Assembly (NCBI RefSeq): GCF_963921235.1 | Contig: NC_086107.1 | Span: 95,232,001 to 95,296,000, forward strand | Length of the DNA: 64,000 bases | Reading direction: 5' to 3' | Source of the DNA: Mobula hypostoma | Taxonomy: Eukaryota | Part shown: one piece after another, positions 22,830 through 36,389 of the stretch | How the letters are laid out: each line of letters opens with the position of its first letter | How positions within the stretch are numbered: position 1 is the first letter of the stretch | Notes under the pieces: generated by a model | Told to the model about the DNA's origin: nothing | The model's input: the letters and a program-made list of their open reading frames with translations, nothing else | Database searches by the model: none | Position numbers and translations under genes: made by a program

Positions 22830-24100
22830 AACCATAAGACCATAAGACAAAGTAGCAGAAGTAGTTCATTCGGCCCATCGAGTCTACTCCGCCATTTTAT
22901 CATAAGCTGATCCATTTTCTCCTATTTAGTCCCACTCCCCTGCCTTCTCACCATAACCTTTGATGCCCTGGCTACTCAGATACCTATCAATCTCTGCCTT
23001 AAATACACCCAATGCCTTGGCCTCCACTGCTGCCCGTGGCAACGAATTCCATAGATTCACCACCCTCTGACTAAAAAAATTTCTTCGCATTTCTGTTCTG
23101 AAAGGGCGCCCTTCAATCCTTAAGTCATGCCCTCTCATACTAGACTCCCCCATCATGGGAAACAACTTTGCCACATCCACTCTGTCCATGCCTTTTAACA
23201 TTCGAAATGTTTCTATGAGGTCTCCCCTCATTCTTCTAAACTCCAAGGAATACAGTCCAAGAGCGGACAAACGTTCCACATATGTTAACCCTCTAATTCC
23301 CAGAATCATTCTAGTGAATCTTCTCTGTACCCTCTCCAACGTCAGCACATCCTTTCTTAAATAAGGAGACCAAAACTGCCCACAGTACTCCAAGTGAGGT
23401 CTCACCAGCGCCTTATAGAGCCTCAACATCACATCCCTGCTCCTATAGTCTATTCCTCTAGAAATGAATGCCAACATTGCATTCGCCTTCTTCACTACTG
23501 ACTCAACCTGGAGGTTAACTTTAAGGGTATCCTGTACGATGACTCCCAAGTCCCGTTGCATCTCAGAACTTTGAATTCTTTCCCCGTTTAAATAATAGTC
23601 TGCCCGTTTATTTTTTCTGCCAAAGTGCATAACCATACACTTTCCAACATTGTACTTCATTTGCCACTTCTCTGCCCATTCTTCCAATCTATCCAAGTCT
23701 CTCTGCAGACTCTCCGTTTCCTCAGCATTACCGGCCCCTCCACCTACCTTCGTATCGTCAGCAAACTTAGCCACAAAGCCATCTATTCCATAATCTAAAT
23801 CGTTGATGTACAATGTAAAAAGAAGCGGCCCCAACACTGATCCCTGCGGAACACCACTGGTAACCGGCAGCCAACCAGAATAGGATCCCTTTATTCCCAC
23901 TCTCTGTTTCCTGCCAATCAGCCAACGCTCTATCCACGTATGTAACTTTCCCGTAATTCCATGGGCTCTTATCTTGTTAAGTAGCCTCATGTGTGGCACC
24001 TTGTCAAAGGCCTTCTGAAAATCCAAATATACAACATCCACTGCATCTCCCTTGTCTAGCCTACTGGTAATTTCCTCAAAAAATTGTAATAGGTTTGTCA
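22830..24100 (-). mobile_element. CR1-clade LINE, 5'-truncated, young
   Basis: Uninterrupted 391-aa ORF2 C-terminus (LDFQKAFDKVPH, GVPQGSVLGPLLF, KFADD); 3' UTR with (ttatggtc)n-type tail. Confidence 0.95.
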
Positions 24101-26755
24101 AGGAAGATTAACGTTGTAAACCTCTATCAGATCTCCCCTCAGCCTTTGCCGCTCCACAGAAAACAACCCAAGTTTGCCTAACCTCTCCTTGTAGCACATG
24201 CTCTCCAATCCAGGCAGCATCTCGGTAAACCTCTTCTGCACCCTCTCTAAAGCTGCTCCACACCCTTCCTGTGGAGGGGGACCAGAACTACACACAATAC
24301 TCCAAGTGTGGCATGACCAAAGTTTTATACAGCTCCATATGACTTCCTAACGTTTATGCTCAATGCCTCGACCAATGAAGAAGACAAGCATGTCTTCTGT
24401 GCACCCTGGGTACCATGCTAACATCTGTCAGGGAGATGCAGCATGACTTCCTAGCTTCAATACTTGCAGTCCCCGGGCTAAAACGGGTACTTGATCCCAA
24501 GTAGTATTTGATAGTTGGAAATAAACGGAAACAGAGAGATTTCCATCAGCGAGTTTCATTCTGAATCACTGAAATTACAGAGAACTTCACAGCCTAAGCA
24601 AAACCATCCCTCTTTGCCACCAACAATACAATCCTTTTGCAGGTAATCTTTCTTGGGTTATCTATTTATAAATGGAACTAAAACTTTAAAGATGATAATT
24701 TTAAAGAAAACAGAACATTACAAGGCAGGAACAGGCCCTTCAACCCATGTATCATGTCAAACAAATTAGAGATTAAATGCTTAACAAAACTAATTCCTTC
24801 TACAGTGTCCATACCCCTCCATTCCCTGTGCCTGTCTGAGAGTCTCTTAAAGACGTCTATCATATTTGACCCTATCACCACCCGTCACAATGCATTTCAG
24901 TCACCCACCACTTCGTGTGAAAAAATTTGCCTCGCACATCTCCTTTGAAGAAGATCCCTCTCAGCTTAACTGCATATTCTCTAACATTAGACATCAGAAC
25001 CCTGGGGAAGAAAGATACCGACCGTCTACTCTATCTGTACCTCTTGAAATCTTATAAACCTCTATCAGGTCTCCCCTGACCATCCACTGCTCTAGAGACA
25101 GCAACCCAAGCTTGCTGTTTTCAAGGAACAACACAACTTTCTGTAACTCGAGACCATTGATTGTTTCCCTGAAAACCATTCACAGAGAAACTACAGCAGG
25201 TAAGGAGGCCATTCCACCAGTCAAATCTGTGCTAGATCTGTTGAAAAGTCATATACTGCTCTGTTCTCCCCTTTGAGAGCTGCAGTAAGCTCTTTTCTCA
25301 TCGGAGTAACTGAAAATGTGTCAATTGTCTCCAGGAGCACAGTCCTTTTCCAAACCATTTGCTGGTTCTTCCTCCCTTTTGGTTCGTTCACCCTAAATCA
25401 TTGTCTCCGGGGTCGTGACCACTATTTGCCCAACTATACAGATATAACCGCCATGGTTAAAGTCATTATGGCCTAATAATTACAGTGTTGAAGTTATAAC
25501 GTTATTGCGATATTGTGAATGCAACTTTAATACTCCGAGATGGTGAACCCAGCTTTAATGCTCCGATATTGTAAACCTGACTTTAATGCTCCCCTCCTGC
25601 ACCATTAGATTTCAACCACTCACCTACACTAGCTCTTACATTTATTTCCTGATTAATTTTTGCTACTCATGCTAATTTTACAACTTACACTGTACTACTC
25701 CTACAGAACAAATTTTGTGATATATCTGAGTGATAATAAACCCGATTTTGAACATTGTATATAATTCATTTTTATTCTTTTATTGTGAATGCTGTTTATC
25801 TGATGGTCTGTGCCTTTGAGGCTGCTGGAAATTTTTCATTGCACCTGCATGTATATGGCCATATGCAAACTTTAACCTCCAATATCGTAAAACCTAACTT
25901 TAATCTTCAATGTCCCAAACCCAACTTTAACCCACACCTTGGACCCAGCTTTAAACCCTGACAAGCTGAATTAACCCTATAAAACCAACTGCAACATGCT
26001 GATATTATAAACTGGACTTTAATGCTTCAACATTATAAACTTCAGTACTAATAAGTGGATTTTTAATTTGACACTGCAGATGTGATTATATCCTGCTCTT
26101 GAAGAACTGCTATTTAAAACACGAAGCATGATTGATATTAAAGATAAAACTTTGGGAAGTTCACACTTTAAACATCATGATAAAGCTGCTGTTAAATTAG
26201 ATACTTAGAAAGCACTTAATTGGGAATCGATGTGAAATATTGCATGGTTTATCTGGTGCATTTATAAGTTTGAAAACTTAATACATCAGCTGTTGAATGT
26301 TTTTTAAAATCTCCCAGGGCTTCAATAATATCTGATCAATCTTGGTGATTCGATGTTCGGAATACATTTGATGAAGAACTGGGTGTTAAATTTTTTAACT
26401 TAACTATCTGAACCATTCAACATCTGATTCAGTACATTTGGTAATTTACTGTGTAAAACCAGTCCTTTCAACAAATCTGATCATTCCCAGATATCTGAAG
26501 ATTGGGAACTGGCTGTTAACATATTTTAACTTCATTATTTGAATCATAAAACCCTAGTTATTTATATCTAAGGTTAAAGGTTAGATATTTCCCTGTATAT
26601 ATCCAAAGCATCAATAATCAGAATTAGAAGAATCAGGTTTAATACCACTGATATATGTCGTGAAATTTGTTATTATTTTGTGGCAGCGGTACATTATAAT
26701 ACATTATAAAAACCTTAAATTACAAGATATACTATATATAAATATATATAAAATG

Positions 26756-26790
<35 letters not shown>

Positions 26791-26813
26791 ATGTATGTGT
26801 CCACACACACACA

Positions 26814-28065
26814 GAGTGAATTCTGGTTAATTGGGACACATTGGGACAAGCCTGTTTTGGCCTAATTAAGAGGCTGCCTCAATTATCCGAAGTTTCATGG
26901 AAATAGTTAAAAAAGTATAAAAAGAGCAAACTACAGAACAAAAAACACTACCAATATTACTACAGTACTATAAAGCTCTGTATTAGTTCTAAGTGGTTAC
27001 CAACGGAGAAATTAATCAAGTGTACTGGCATAGGGCTCAACTGGTAAAATACACATTCTTAGCCCCTTAAAACATGTAGGTTTAATGCTTTTCTCATTAA
27101 CCAACAATTTCTTTTTATCAGTTCCTGACATTTTTTAACACAACAGTTATGCGATCCATTGCTTTCTTTGAACCTGATAGTCTTACGTGTTCACAGCAAA
27201 GGAAACCATTTGGCTTGACACGATAAAAAAAGGCCTGTTTCATTGGCATTGTAGATATAATCTGCACAAAAATTTTGAAACAAGTCGGGCAGTTTTCTAG
27301 ATCTTTAAGTCTCTGCACTTAAAGCATCAGCACTACCTTTCTCGCAGTGTGCTTTCTTGAATTTTAAAGTGCCTACATTTCCCAAGACAACCAATCATAT
27401 TTTGCTTTAAAACCTTCATGTCCCACCTTCTTTGCTAGCTCCTCTGATTCGTTTGTTAACAGTGGTCCACTCCCACACACACACATACATCTTGTGCAGT
27501 TACAATGGAAGACAACTGATTGAGGGCCTCTTCAACATCTGGATCCTTACCTTCATGCTTATGTGTTTGGGATGTTCCCTGTTGTCCCTCGCATAATGCC
27601 CATTCTTGCTGATGTATCAAGTGTGCAATTGTAGATTTCGGCATGCCAGTTATCTCTGCAGCTGATGATGAGTGATGTTAGGCGGATAGCTTTTAATTTG
27701 GTCCAGTAGGCTAATTTTTTTTCGGTTAGCATCAAATCTTTTCGTGGCAAGGGTCTCAAAAAATTTTTTTTGAAGTCAAAATAAAAAAAAACAAAATTTA
27801 TCAAAACTCACGCCTTTTTGAATCGTCGTCAGCCAAAATGGACAACGTAACACAAGCAAACAACGAACACAACTGTTTGCTCTAGCATCCAATGGACTTT
27901 CCAGTACACATGACTGACCATCTCCTGTCCCAATTAACTGGCACAGTGCCCCAAATAAACGAAACAAATCCCAACTATGTTCTTGATTTGTTCTTGTTCT
28001 TAAGAATTGTCCCAAAAAAGCAGCTGCCCCGATTAACCGTCAGCCCAATTAACTGAAATCCATTG
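26814..28065 (-). mobile_element. Tigger/pogo-like DNA transposon remnant
   Basis: TIR resembling cagtggattccggttaattggg; CENP-B-like HTH fragments (PKSTIA.., GKDPDVEEALNQ); inserted in a TA/TG microsatellite. Confidence 0.78.
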
Positions 28066-30477
28066 TGTGTGTGTGATATACACACACATAAATAAAATAA
28101 GGAGTTAGTTAATTCGTTAAAACTTTATTGTCATTACTGAGGACAATGAGATTGCAGTGCTAAAATGATATCATATCTGTTAAATAGGGGCCGTGGACAA
28201 TTCTGATTTGGTGGAGAATGGACGTGAAAGCACAGAGGAACATCTGCAGAAATTTTTGAAACGCCCATTCGCTGCTGTTGTTACTGTATGGTCGCAAATC
28301 TTTCAGCGGGTAGGCCTCAAAATCCCCGGCCTTGCCTGCTTTTGGCGACCGAGAAGGAGGTCGAATTGTTCGGACAGAGATGGTGCTCAGTTCTCGGTGT
28401 CGGACAGCTGATCAGGGCTCGAAGTTTTCGGATGACTCAGAGTCCGATTGTGGTCGGCATGGCAGGGAGAGTTTTTCTTCCTTCTCCCGTCTGCGTGAGA
28501 TGTGGGAATTTGAGAAACTTTGAACTTTACTGTGCTCACGGACTTCTTCATCAAGTTATGGTATTGTTACACCGTTTGTAACTATATGTTATAATTATGT
28601 GGTTTTGTCAGTTTTTTCAGTCTTGGTTTGTCCTGTGTTTTATGATATCACACCGGAGGAAGTAATGTATCATTTCTTAATGCATGCATTACTAAATGAC
28701 AATAAAAGAGGACTGCGTGTCTTCATAATCATTATAATTCCGTGCAAAATAGCCTACTGCCAATTCAATTACTAAAAACACAATGACTACATTTAAAATA
28801 ATGTCTGATTTTTTTTTTTTAACTGGGGTGAGATGAGTCCATCACAATTTTGAGAACCTGCTGCAGACGTTGAGAGTTGGAGATGGTTTCCATATCTGGT
28901 GGTTGTGTCCCAATGACGTTGGTGTTGTCCTGATCACTTGTGGAAGTGCTTTTTGGTCGACCTTGTTGTAACTAGAGTACCATACTGTCATGCAGGACGT
29001 CAGAATGCTCCCAATTACACATCGAGAAAGGTTTACCAGCAGCTTTTAGAACAGATTTGCTCTCTCTAAACTAAGAAAGCTGAGCCTTCCCTACTATCAA
29101 GGAGGTATAGGTGGTCCAAGAGAGCTCGCCTTGTGATATTCACTCCCAATAACTTAAAGCTGGAGACCCTTTCCACTGCTTCACCGTTTATAAGCAGTGG
29201 AGCTTGTTCATAACTTTTTGATTTCCTCTGACATTGATAATCATTTCTTTGGTCTTTTTGATCTTGAATGGCTATTGCACCATTCAGACAGTTTCTCCAT
29301 CTCCTCTCTGCCTGGTGTTCCATTGTTAATTAATCCAGTCACTGTGGTGTCTTCTGCAAATTCGATGCTGGGGTTGGTGCATAGGCAGGGGCACAGTCAT
29401 GGGTGAAGAGAGTGTAAGGGAGTGAGCTCAGTACCCATCCCTGCGGGGTTCAGGGTCACGGAGCCTGGTCTGTCTGGGCGCGATTGTTAAGGAAGTCCAG
29501 AATCCAGTTCCAAATTGATACGTTTCAGGTTTAATGGTCAACTTGTTGGGAAGTATGGTGTTGAAGGCCGAACTGCAGTTGACAGAAAGCACTCTGGCGT
29601 AAGTATCCTTATGCTCTAGTATGAAGTGGAGAGCGGAGGTGGCATCCTCGGTTGATCTGTTTGCCTTGTAGGCAAACTGGTGCTGGTCTAAGAGTAGAGG
29701 GACGGCGTTCCTAATGTGGGACATCACCAGTCTTGCCAGGCATTTGGTGGCTAAGGAGATGGGTGCAACTGGTCTGAAGTCATCGAAAGGAGTGCAAAAA
29801 ATGGTGATGTAGTGCTCATAGGTTGATTCATTGTGTGAACTCTGATGATGGAGGGGAAGAAGGTGTTGAGTGTGTGTACCTTCAGGTTCCTGTGCCTCCT
29901 CTCTACTGGTAGCAATGAGAAGAGGGCATGTCCTGGGTGATGGAGGAGGGTGTCCTTAATGGAGAATGCCACCTTTTTGAGGCATCTCCTTTTGAAGATG
30001 TCCTCAACACTGGGGAGTCTAGTGCCTTTGATGGAGTTGGCTGAGTTTTCAACTTTCTCCAATCCTGCGCAGTGGCCCCTCCATACCAGATGGAGATGCA
30101 ACCAGTTGGAATGCTCTCCACAGAACATCTGTAGAAATCTGCTAGTCTTTGGTGACATCTCAAATCTCCTCAGACTCCTTGTGAAATATAGCTGCTGTCA
30201 TGCCTTCTTTGATATTGCATCAATATACTGGGGTCAGGATAGATCTTCGGAGATGTTTGACACCCAGGAATTTGAAACTGCTCACATCTTCCACTGAAGA
30301 TCTCTCGATGAGGACTGGTGTACGTTCCCTCGACTTTTCCTTCCTTAAGTTCTCAATCAATTCCTTGGTCTTATTGACTTTGAGTACAAGGTGAGTCCCG
30401 TATGCCTCCCTTTCACCATCTGCAAATTTATAGATGGCATCTAAGCAGTGCCTAACCACACAGACATAGGTTTAGAG

Positions 30478-30528
30478 AAGCGTTTCCCAACCTGGGGCCT
30501 ATGGCATGAAAAAGGTTGGGAGCCTCTG
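30478..30528. mobile_element. 51-bp hAT-type mini-element
   Basis: 8-bp TSD GTTTAGAG; cccaacct...aggttggg inverted termini. Confidence 0.75.
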
Positions 30529-31249
30529 GTTTAGAGAGAGTAGAGCAGGGAAGGGGAATAAGCACACATCCTTGAGGGGCACTGGTGTTGATCGTCAGCG
30601 AAGAGGACAGGTTATTTCCGATTTGCACTGATTGCCATCTGCCGATGAGGGAGACAAAGGTCTAGCTGTAGAGGGAGGTACAGAGGCCCAGGTTTTGAAG
30701 CTTATTGATTAGAACTGAAGGGATGATGGTATTGAATGCTGCGCTGTAATTAATAAACAGCAGCCTGATGTAGGTATTGCTGTTTTCCAGGTGATCCAAG
30801 GCCGAGTGGACAGCCAGTGAGATTGCATCAGCAAGTAACATTTGATATTTCTCGTGCATTTGAGTTTTGAATATTTTAACTTCATTATTTGAATCGTCAA
30901 ACCCGTTTTACTATAACTGAGAGTTAAACATCCAATATTTCCTTGTATAAACTAAGAGCTTTAATAAACTCACAAAGACTTGATAGAACATAGAACATTA
31001 CAGCACACTACAGACCCTTGCCCATGATCTTGTATCGACCTTTTAACCTACATTAGATCAATCTAACCCTTCTCTCCCACAGTCTTCTATTTTTCTATCA
31101 TCTACTTGCCTATCTAAGAGTCTCTTAAATGTACCTAATGCATCTGCCTCAACCACTATTCCTTGTCAGTGTGTTCTATGCACCCACCACTCTCTTTAAA
31201 AAAAAACCTACCTCCAACTTTCCCCCTATACTATCCTCTAATCACCTTA

Positions 31250-31874
31250 TGTAATGAACCGGTTCATATTTTTTACTCTTACGCTGTATATATTTCATTT
31301 TGTGCAGCTCTGTAAGAGCTGTTTGTTCTGCTTTCAGCCTGTTTGGGTTATTGTTTGGATAAGGGATGATGTGGAATGTGTGTCATCCAATTAGCAGGAG
31401 GTTTTCTTGGTGAGGGACAATAAGGTTGATCTTGGGCTTTTGTTCGAGAGGAGATGAAGAGAGAAGACGCTGGGGAGAACTGGTTGTAGCATACGATCTA
31501 GTGGGAGACCCGTTTGTTCGCGATGGATTGCAAGCAACGTTCGGAAGGTGGTGTGTGCTTTCACGTTGACCTAGGACCCAGCACGTGAGTGACAGAGAAG
31601 TTTGAGATGAGCTCCAACTTATGCACAATTGACTTGTTTAATTAGAATGGACCCATTTCTTTCTGTTATTCTTCATAAATGTAATTAATTTAATTGTATG
31701 CAGTGTACTGACTGTTATTTCGTGGCATTAATTTGTAACAATGTAGCAAATGACACAGCATCCATACAAACTGAGCTTTGGGGTGGGATCCAGTGCGCCT
31801 CAATCTCTAAAGTTTGGTGGGACCGGAGGCTGTCTTCCCTGGACTTATGCAGCCAAGGAAACCGAGATGTTTCA
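31250..31874. mobile_element. Solo LTR
   Basis: TG...CA ends with imperfect terminal inverted repeat; splits a CR1 3' region (caccttA|...|ttaaagttatgcc). Confidence 0.7.
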
Positions 31875-33999
31875 TTAAAGTTATGCCCCTCATATTAGCC
31901 ATTTCCGCCCTGAGAAAAGTCTCTGCCTCTTACACACCTCTATTCTTCCTTTGCTCCAAAGAGAGAAGCTTGCTCAATCATTCCTCACAAGACATGCTTT
32001 CTAATCCAGGCAGCATCCTGGTACATCTCCTCTGAAACCTTTCTAAAGCTTCCACGTCCTTCCTGTAGTGGGGGGATTAGAACTGAACACAACCGTGGTC
32101 TAACCAGGGTTTTCCAGAACTGCAACATTACTTCACGGCTCTTGATCTCAATCCCCTGACTAATAAAAACCAACACACATATGCCTTAACAACCCTTTAA
32201 AAGCATGGCAATGTTGTGAGATCTTTGGACATGGATCCCAAGATCCGCTCTTCCTCCATATTGTTGAATCCTGCCATCAACCCTGTACTTTGCCTTCAAG
32301 TTTGCCCTTCCCACTTTGCCACATGACACTTCTCAGACCAGATCTGCATCCTATCAATGATGTGCTCTGAACTATAACAACATTCTACATTATCCACAAC
32401 ACCACCACCTTTCCACCTCCTCAATGGTCATTTATATTAAAAAACACAAAGAGTAGGGGTCCCAGAATAGAATAGATCCCTGCGGAACTCCACTGGTCAC
32501 CGACTCCAGGCTGAATACACTCGATCCCTGCCTTCTGTGAGCAAGCCAATTCTGAATCCACACAGTCAATTCCTCAGTTCCCATGCCTCCTGACTTTCTG
32601 AATGAGCCTATCATGGGGAACCTTGTCAAATATCTCACTAAAGTCCATATGCAGCACATCTACTGCTTTGCCTTCATCAATACTTTTTTTCTCTTCCTCA
32701 AATAATTCAGTTAGGCTCATGAGGCATGACCTGCTCCTCACAAAGCCACATTGGCCATCCCTAATCAGAATATATTCTCCAAATGCTGAAATCCTGTTTC
32801 AAAAACATCCTCTCCAATAGTTTGCTCACTACTGGCATACAACTCACTGGTGTATAATTCCCAGGGCTATCGCTATTACTTTCCTTGAACAAAGGAATAA
32901 CATTTGCCATCCACCTGGGTACTACTCCTGTGGCCAATGCAGACATAAAGAAAATCACTAAAGCTGCAGTAGTCTCTTCCCTCGCTTCCTGCAGTAACCT
33001 GGGATGTATCCCGTCTGGCCCCAGGAACTTAACTATCCTAGTATTTTTCAAACGTCCCCGCACAACCCCGCTCCTAACATTGATATGTTTTAGCATATCA
33101 GTCTGTTTTACGCTGTTGTTACATTCAAGGCCCCTTTCATTAATGAATACTGACATAAAGGACCTCCTCAGTCTGCAGCCTTGCTTCCTCCTTTATCCCT
33201 ATTCTAGTTATCCTCCTGTTCTTCACCAATGTGTGCCCTTTTCACCTCTTCTAGCTGTCCTAAGTCTATTCTTAAGTTTCTTCCTGGCTACCTTCCAGAG
33301 CTCTGTCTTTCCACTTCCTAACCTTAAGTGTTCCTTACTCCTCTTGACTAAATGTTCCAACCACAGACTTTCACCCTACCATCCTTTCCCCACATCAACC
33401 TTTCCAGGGTCCAATGCAAATGATCACTAAGACAATAAACCCCTGATTTAATACACATACTGCCAAAATTCTGGTATTTCTTTGTATGTGGTCAGTAATA
33501 CCAGGTGTTTCGGTGCTCAGAAGGTAGTTGAGTGCTATGTATTTTAACTTTTTTATTTCAATTATTAAACTCCTGATTCAATAAATCTGAGACTAAAAGT
33601 TTGCTACCTCTGTATAAATCCAGAACTTTGTCTTGTCTTGTCCATAGTGCACCAACCGCCGCCGCTGGGCTATAAAAGTGCAGTCCTTTAAGAGTATATG
33701 ATTATTCCCAAAGATTAGATGTTCAGTATGCACTTGATTGAGAAATGGTTAAGAATTTTAACTTCACTGTTTGAATTATTAATCGGAGATCTAATAAATC
33801 CGAGGTTAAAATTCAGGAATATAGCTTTAATAATCTCTGATTATTCCCATGGATGTTTCGAGTGTTAAGTAAAACAACTTTACTGTTTGAATCAATATGC
33901 CCAAAGCTTCAGCTCCGGTGTCCTTGTGTATGAAGCTGCTACTTTAATAAAACCCGTTCATTCCAGAGGGCCACTAGCCTCCACGACTCCCCACAGCCC

Positions 34000-34700
34000 C
34001 TTCCTAAATCGAGGCCGAGGTTCTGCCCGCGGCCTAGCGGCCGGGGACAACAGCACCGCCGCGGCTTCCGCTCGGCACTAACCTGCTCGCCGTTGCCCGT
34101 TCGGCAGGTGGTGAGGGACGGGGGTCTAAGAGGTGGTGCTGGAAGGGGGGGAGCAGGTCGGCACCGCTTCTTTTTCCTCCCGCTCCCAGCTCCTCACTGC
34201 GACACCAACATGGAGGACGCCCACCCGCCCCCCTTCCTTCTCCCTCGATTCTCTGGCCTGAGCTTCGCGGCCTGCCGGGAATTGTAGTTAAAACATCCCG
34301 TCCGCCTCTTCTACCACGTTTCGACGGCGCAGAAAGAGACTACATCTCCCATCAGTCGCTGCGGGGCTATGTTGGTGGAGACGCCTGCGCGGCCTGCCAC
34401 TTGACAGGAATGGTGAGATGGCGGAAATTGAACTACATTTCCCGTCAGACATCTAGCTGCTAATAGGATGGTCAACGGCAGCCCGGGAGGACCGCCGGTG
34501 GCGCTTGCGCACCGTCGTTCGTCGAAAACGGACCTGCAAGGCCTGCCGGGAAATGTAGTCCACAGTCTCCAATCATCATTAGGAATCTTCCACTTCGATT
34601 GATACTACAACTCCCGAAGGCACGGTTAGCGGCTAGAGCATGCTGACGGAAAATGTAGTTCCACGCTTATTTCGAATCCCGGTGGCAGTTGGCGATCCCC
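34000..34700. promoter_or_regulatory. CpG-island promoter of SRRM2 with six ZNF143/THAP11-type ACTACAnnTCCC motifs and YY1-like sites
   Basis: Motifs at 34277, 34339, 34432, 34548, 34604, 34648; AACATGG ~34207 and GAGATGGCGG ~34415; high CpG density. Confidence 0.8.
34083..34230 (-). other. SRRM2: Probable SRRM2 non-coding exon 1
   Basis: CpG-rich segment ending in donor CAG|GTTAGT at 34083; 5' end uncertain. Confidence 0.65.
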
Positions 34701-35854
34701 CCCACCCCGAAAAAAAAACTGAGCGAAAAATGCGTCTTAGTGGTGTTATCAAACGTACATAAAATAAGACAGATACAGCATTGGACGAATGCAAATATAG
34801 TGCACGGGACATGATTAATTTTGCCCTCGAGTTGACGAGCTGGAGCCTGAGTTAAGGGCAATTGAATGGGGTAGTTGTCCAGACTTCCATCTTACAGAGA
34901 GCTGTCACACAGTCGAAACACAGTCAAGGGCGACAGGTGTGACTCAGTATGAAGAACTGTTACTTCAGGTCTATGAATGGGGTCCAATCTGACCTCTGGC
35001 ACTGTGTGTGTGTTTTGTATGTTCTCCCTGGATCCTGTGGGCTTCCCCTCAGGGAGGGCATTCAACCATCTCTATTAGAGTCATAGAGTACAACACCACA
35101 GAAAGGGGCTCTTCAGCCCACCTAATTTATAGTAACCTGGTCTCCTATCTACCTGCACCTGAACCATATTCCTCCCATCCAAACTTCTCTTAAATGTTAC
35201 AATTGAACCTGTGTCCACCACTTTTGCAGGCAGCTCGTTCCACACTTGCACCACCCTATGAGTAAAGAAATTGCCCATCAGGTTCCCCTGAAATATTTCA
35301 CCTTTCACCCTTAACCCATTTGCTAGTTCTAGTCTCGAGGAAAGCAACGTCACAGCTGTATGGCACGACATCCACACTATAGTATTTTACCAATCCCATT
35401 TACCTGGATTAAAGTTCCATCCTTCTATGCCTTGCCTGCTTGAGTGGCATTTAAATGCAGGAATTGTATCTGATTCTGCCACATTCTTTTTCCCCAGGGC
35501 TGAAATGGCTAACACAATAGGGCACAGTTTTTAGGTGCTTGGAAGTAGGTACAGAAGGGATGTCAGGGATAAGTCTTTTACGCAGAGAGTAGTGAGTGCG
35601 TGGAATGGGCTGTTGGTGATGGTGGCAGAGGCGGATACGATAGGGTCTTTTAAGAGACTCTTGGATAGGTACATGGAGCTTAGAAAAATAGAGGGCTATT
35701 GGGTAACCCTTGGTAATTTCTAAAGTAAGTACATGTTCAGCACAGCATTGTGGGCTAAAGGGCTTGTATTGTGCTGTAGGCTTTCTATGTTTCTATCCTC
35801 TGGCCGTTTGTTCGAGATATCAACCACACTCAGTATAAAAAAACTCAGCCCCTT

Positions 35855-36045
35855 GGCGCCACAGTAGTGCAGCAGTTAGTGTGACGTCAGAATCAAATTC
35901 AATCCCGGCATGGTGTTTGTACATTGTACACGTGGGTTTCCACTGGGTGCTCTGATTTTCTCCCACAGCCCAAAGACATGCTGTGTAGTAGGTTAATTGG
36001 TCATTGTAAATTGTTGGTGTGCTATCTTTAAATAAATAAATAAAC
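35855..36045 (+). mobile_element. tRNA-derived V-SINE-like element
   Basis: tRNA-like head, V-domain-like gggtttccactgggtgctctgattttctcccacagcccaaagac, (AATA)n tail. Confidence 0.65.
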
Positions 36046-36389
36046 TGTAAAACTCCCTTGCTCTCACCTTAAACCTGTGGCCACTAGTTTTTAAATACCC
36101 CTCCCCTGGGGAGAAAGACAGTGACAACCAACGTTATCTATGTCCATTGTGGCCTCTGACAGATCACCCCTCACCCGTTTTCACTTCAGAGAAAATGTCG
36201 CAGCCCTCTACGGTCTCTCCTTGTAACTCAAGCCCTCCAGTCCTGCCAGAACAACGTCTCCACTTTCCCCCTTCACCCTAGGCTGTCGATGTCAAGAACT
36301 GGAAGGGCGTTAACACATTAGATTCCTAGCACATGGATGTAATCCCAAGGAAGACACACCAATATCTTTACTCTCATAGGACATAGAAG

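Larger units (their letters stand above)
28840..33420 (-). mobile_element. Stack of decayed L2/Rex-like and CR1 fragments (SRRM2 intron 1)
   Basis: HQFAYKANRSTEDA, SAFNTI, KFAD, KTKELI, GPDGIHPRLL and VTSGVPQGS fragments. Confidence 0.85.

Noticed and set aside
26365-26430. TGATGA...CTGA as a possible C/D box snoRNA
   Set aside because: Box C lacks the leading purine, the terminal stem is poor, and it is antisense to the host gene
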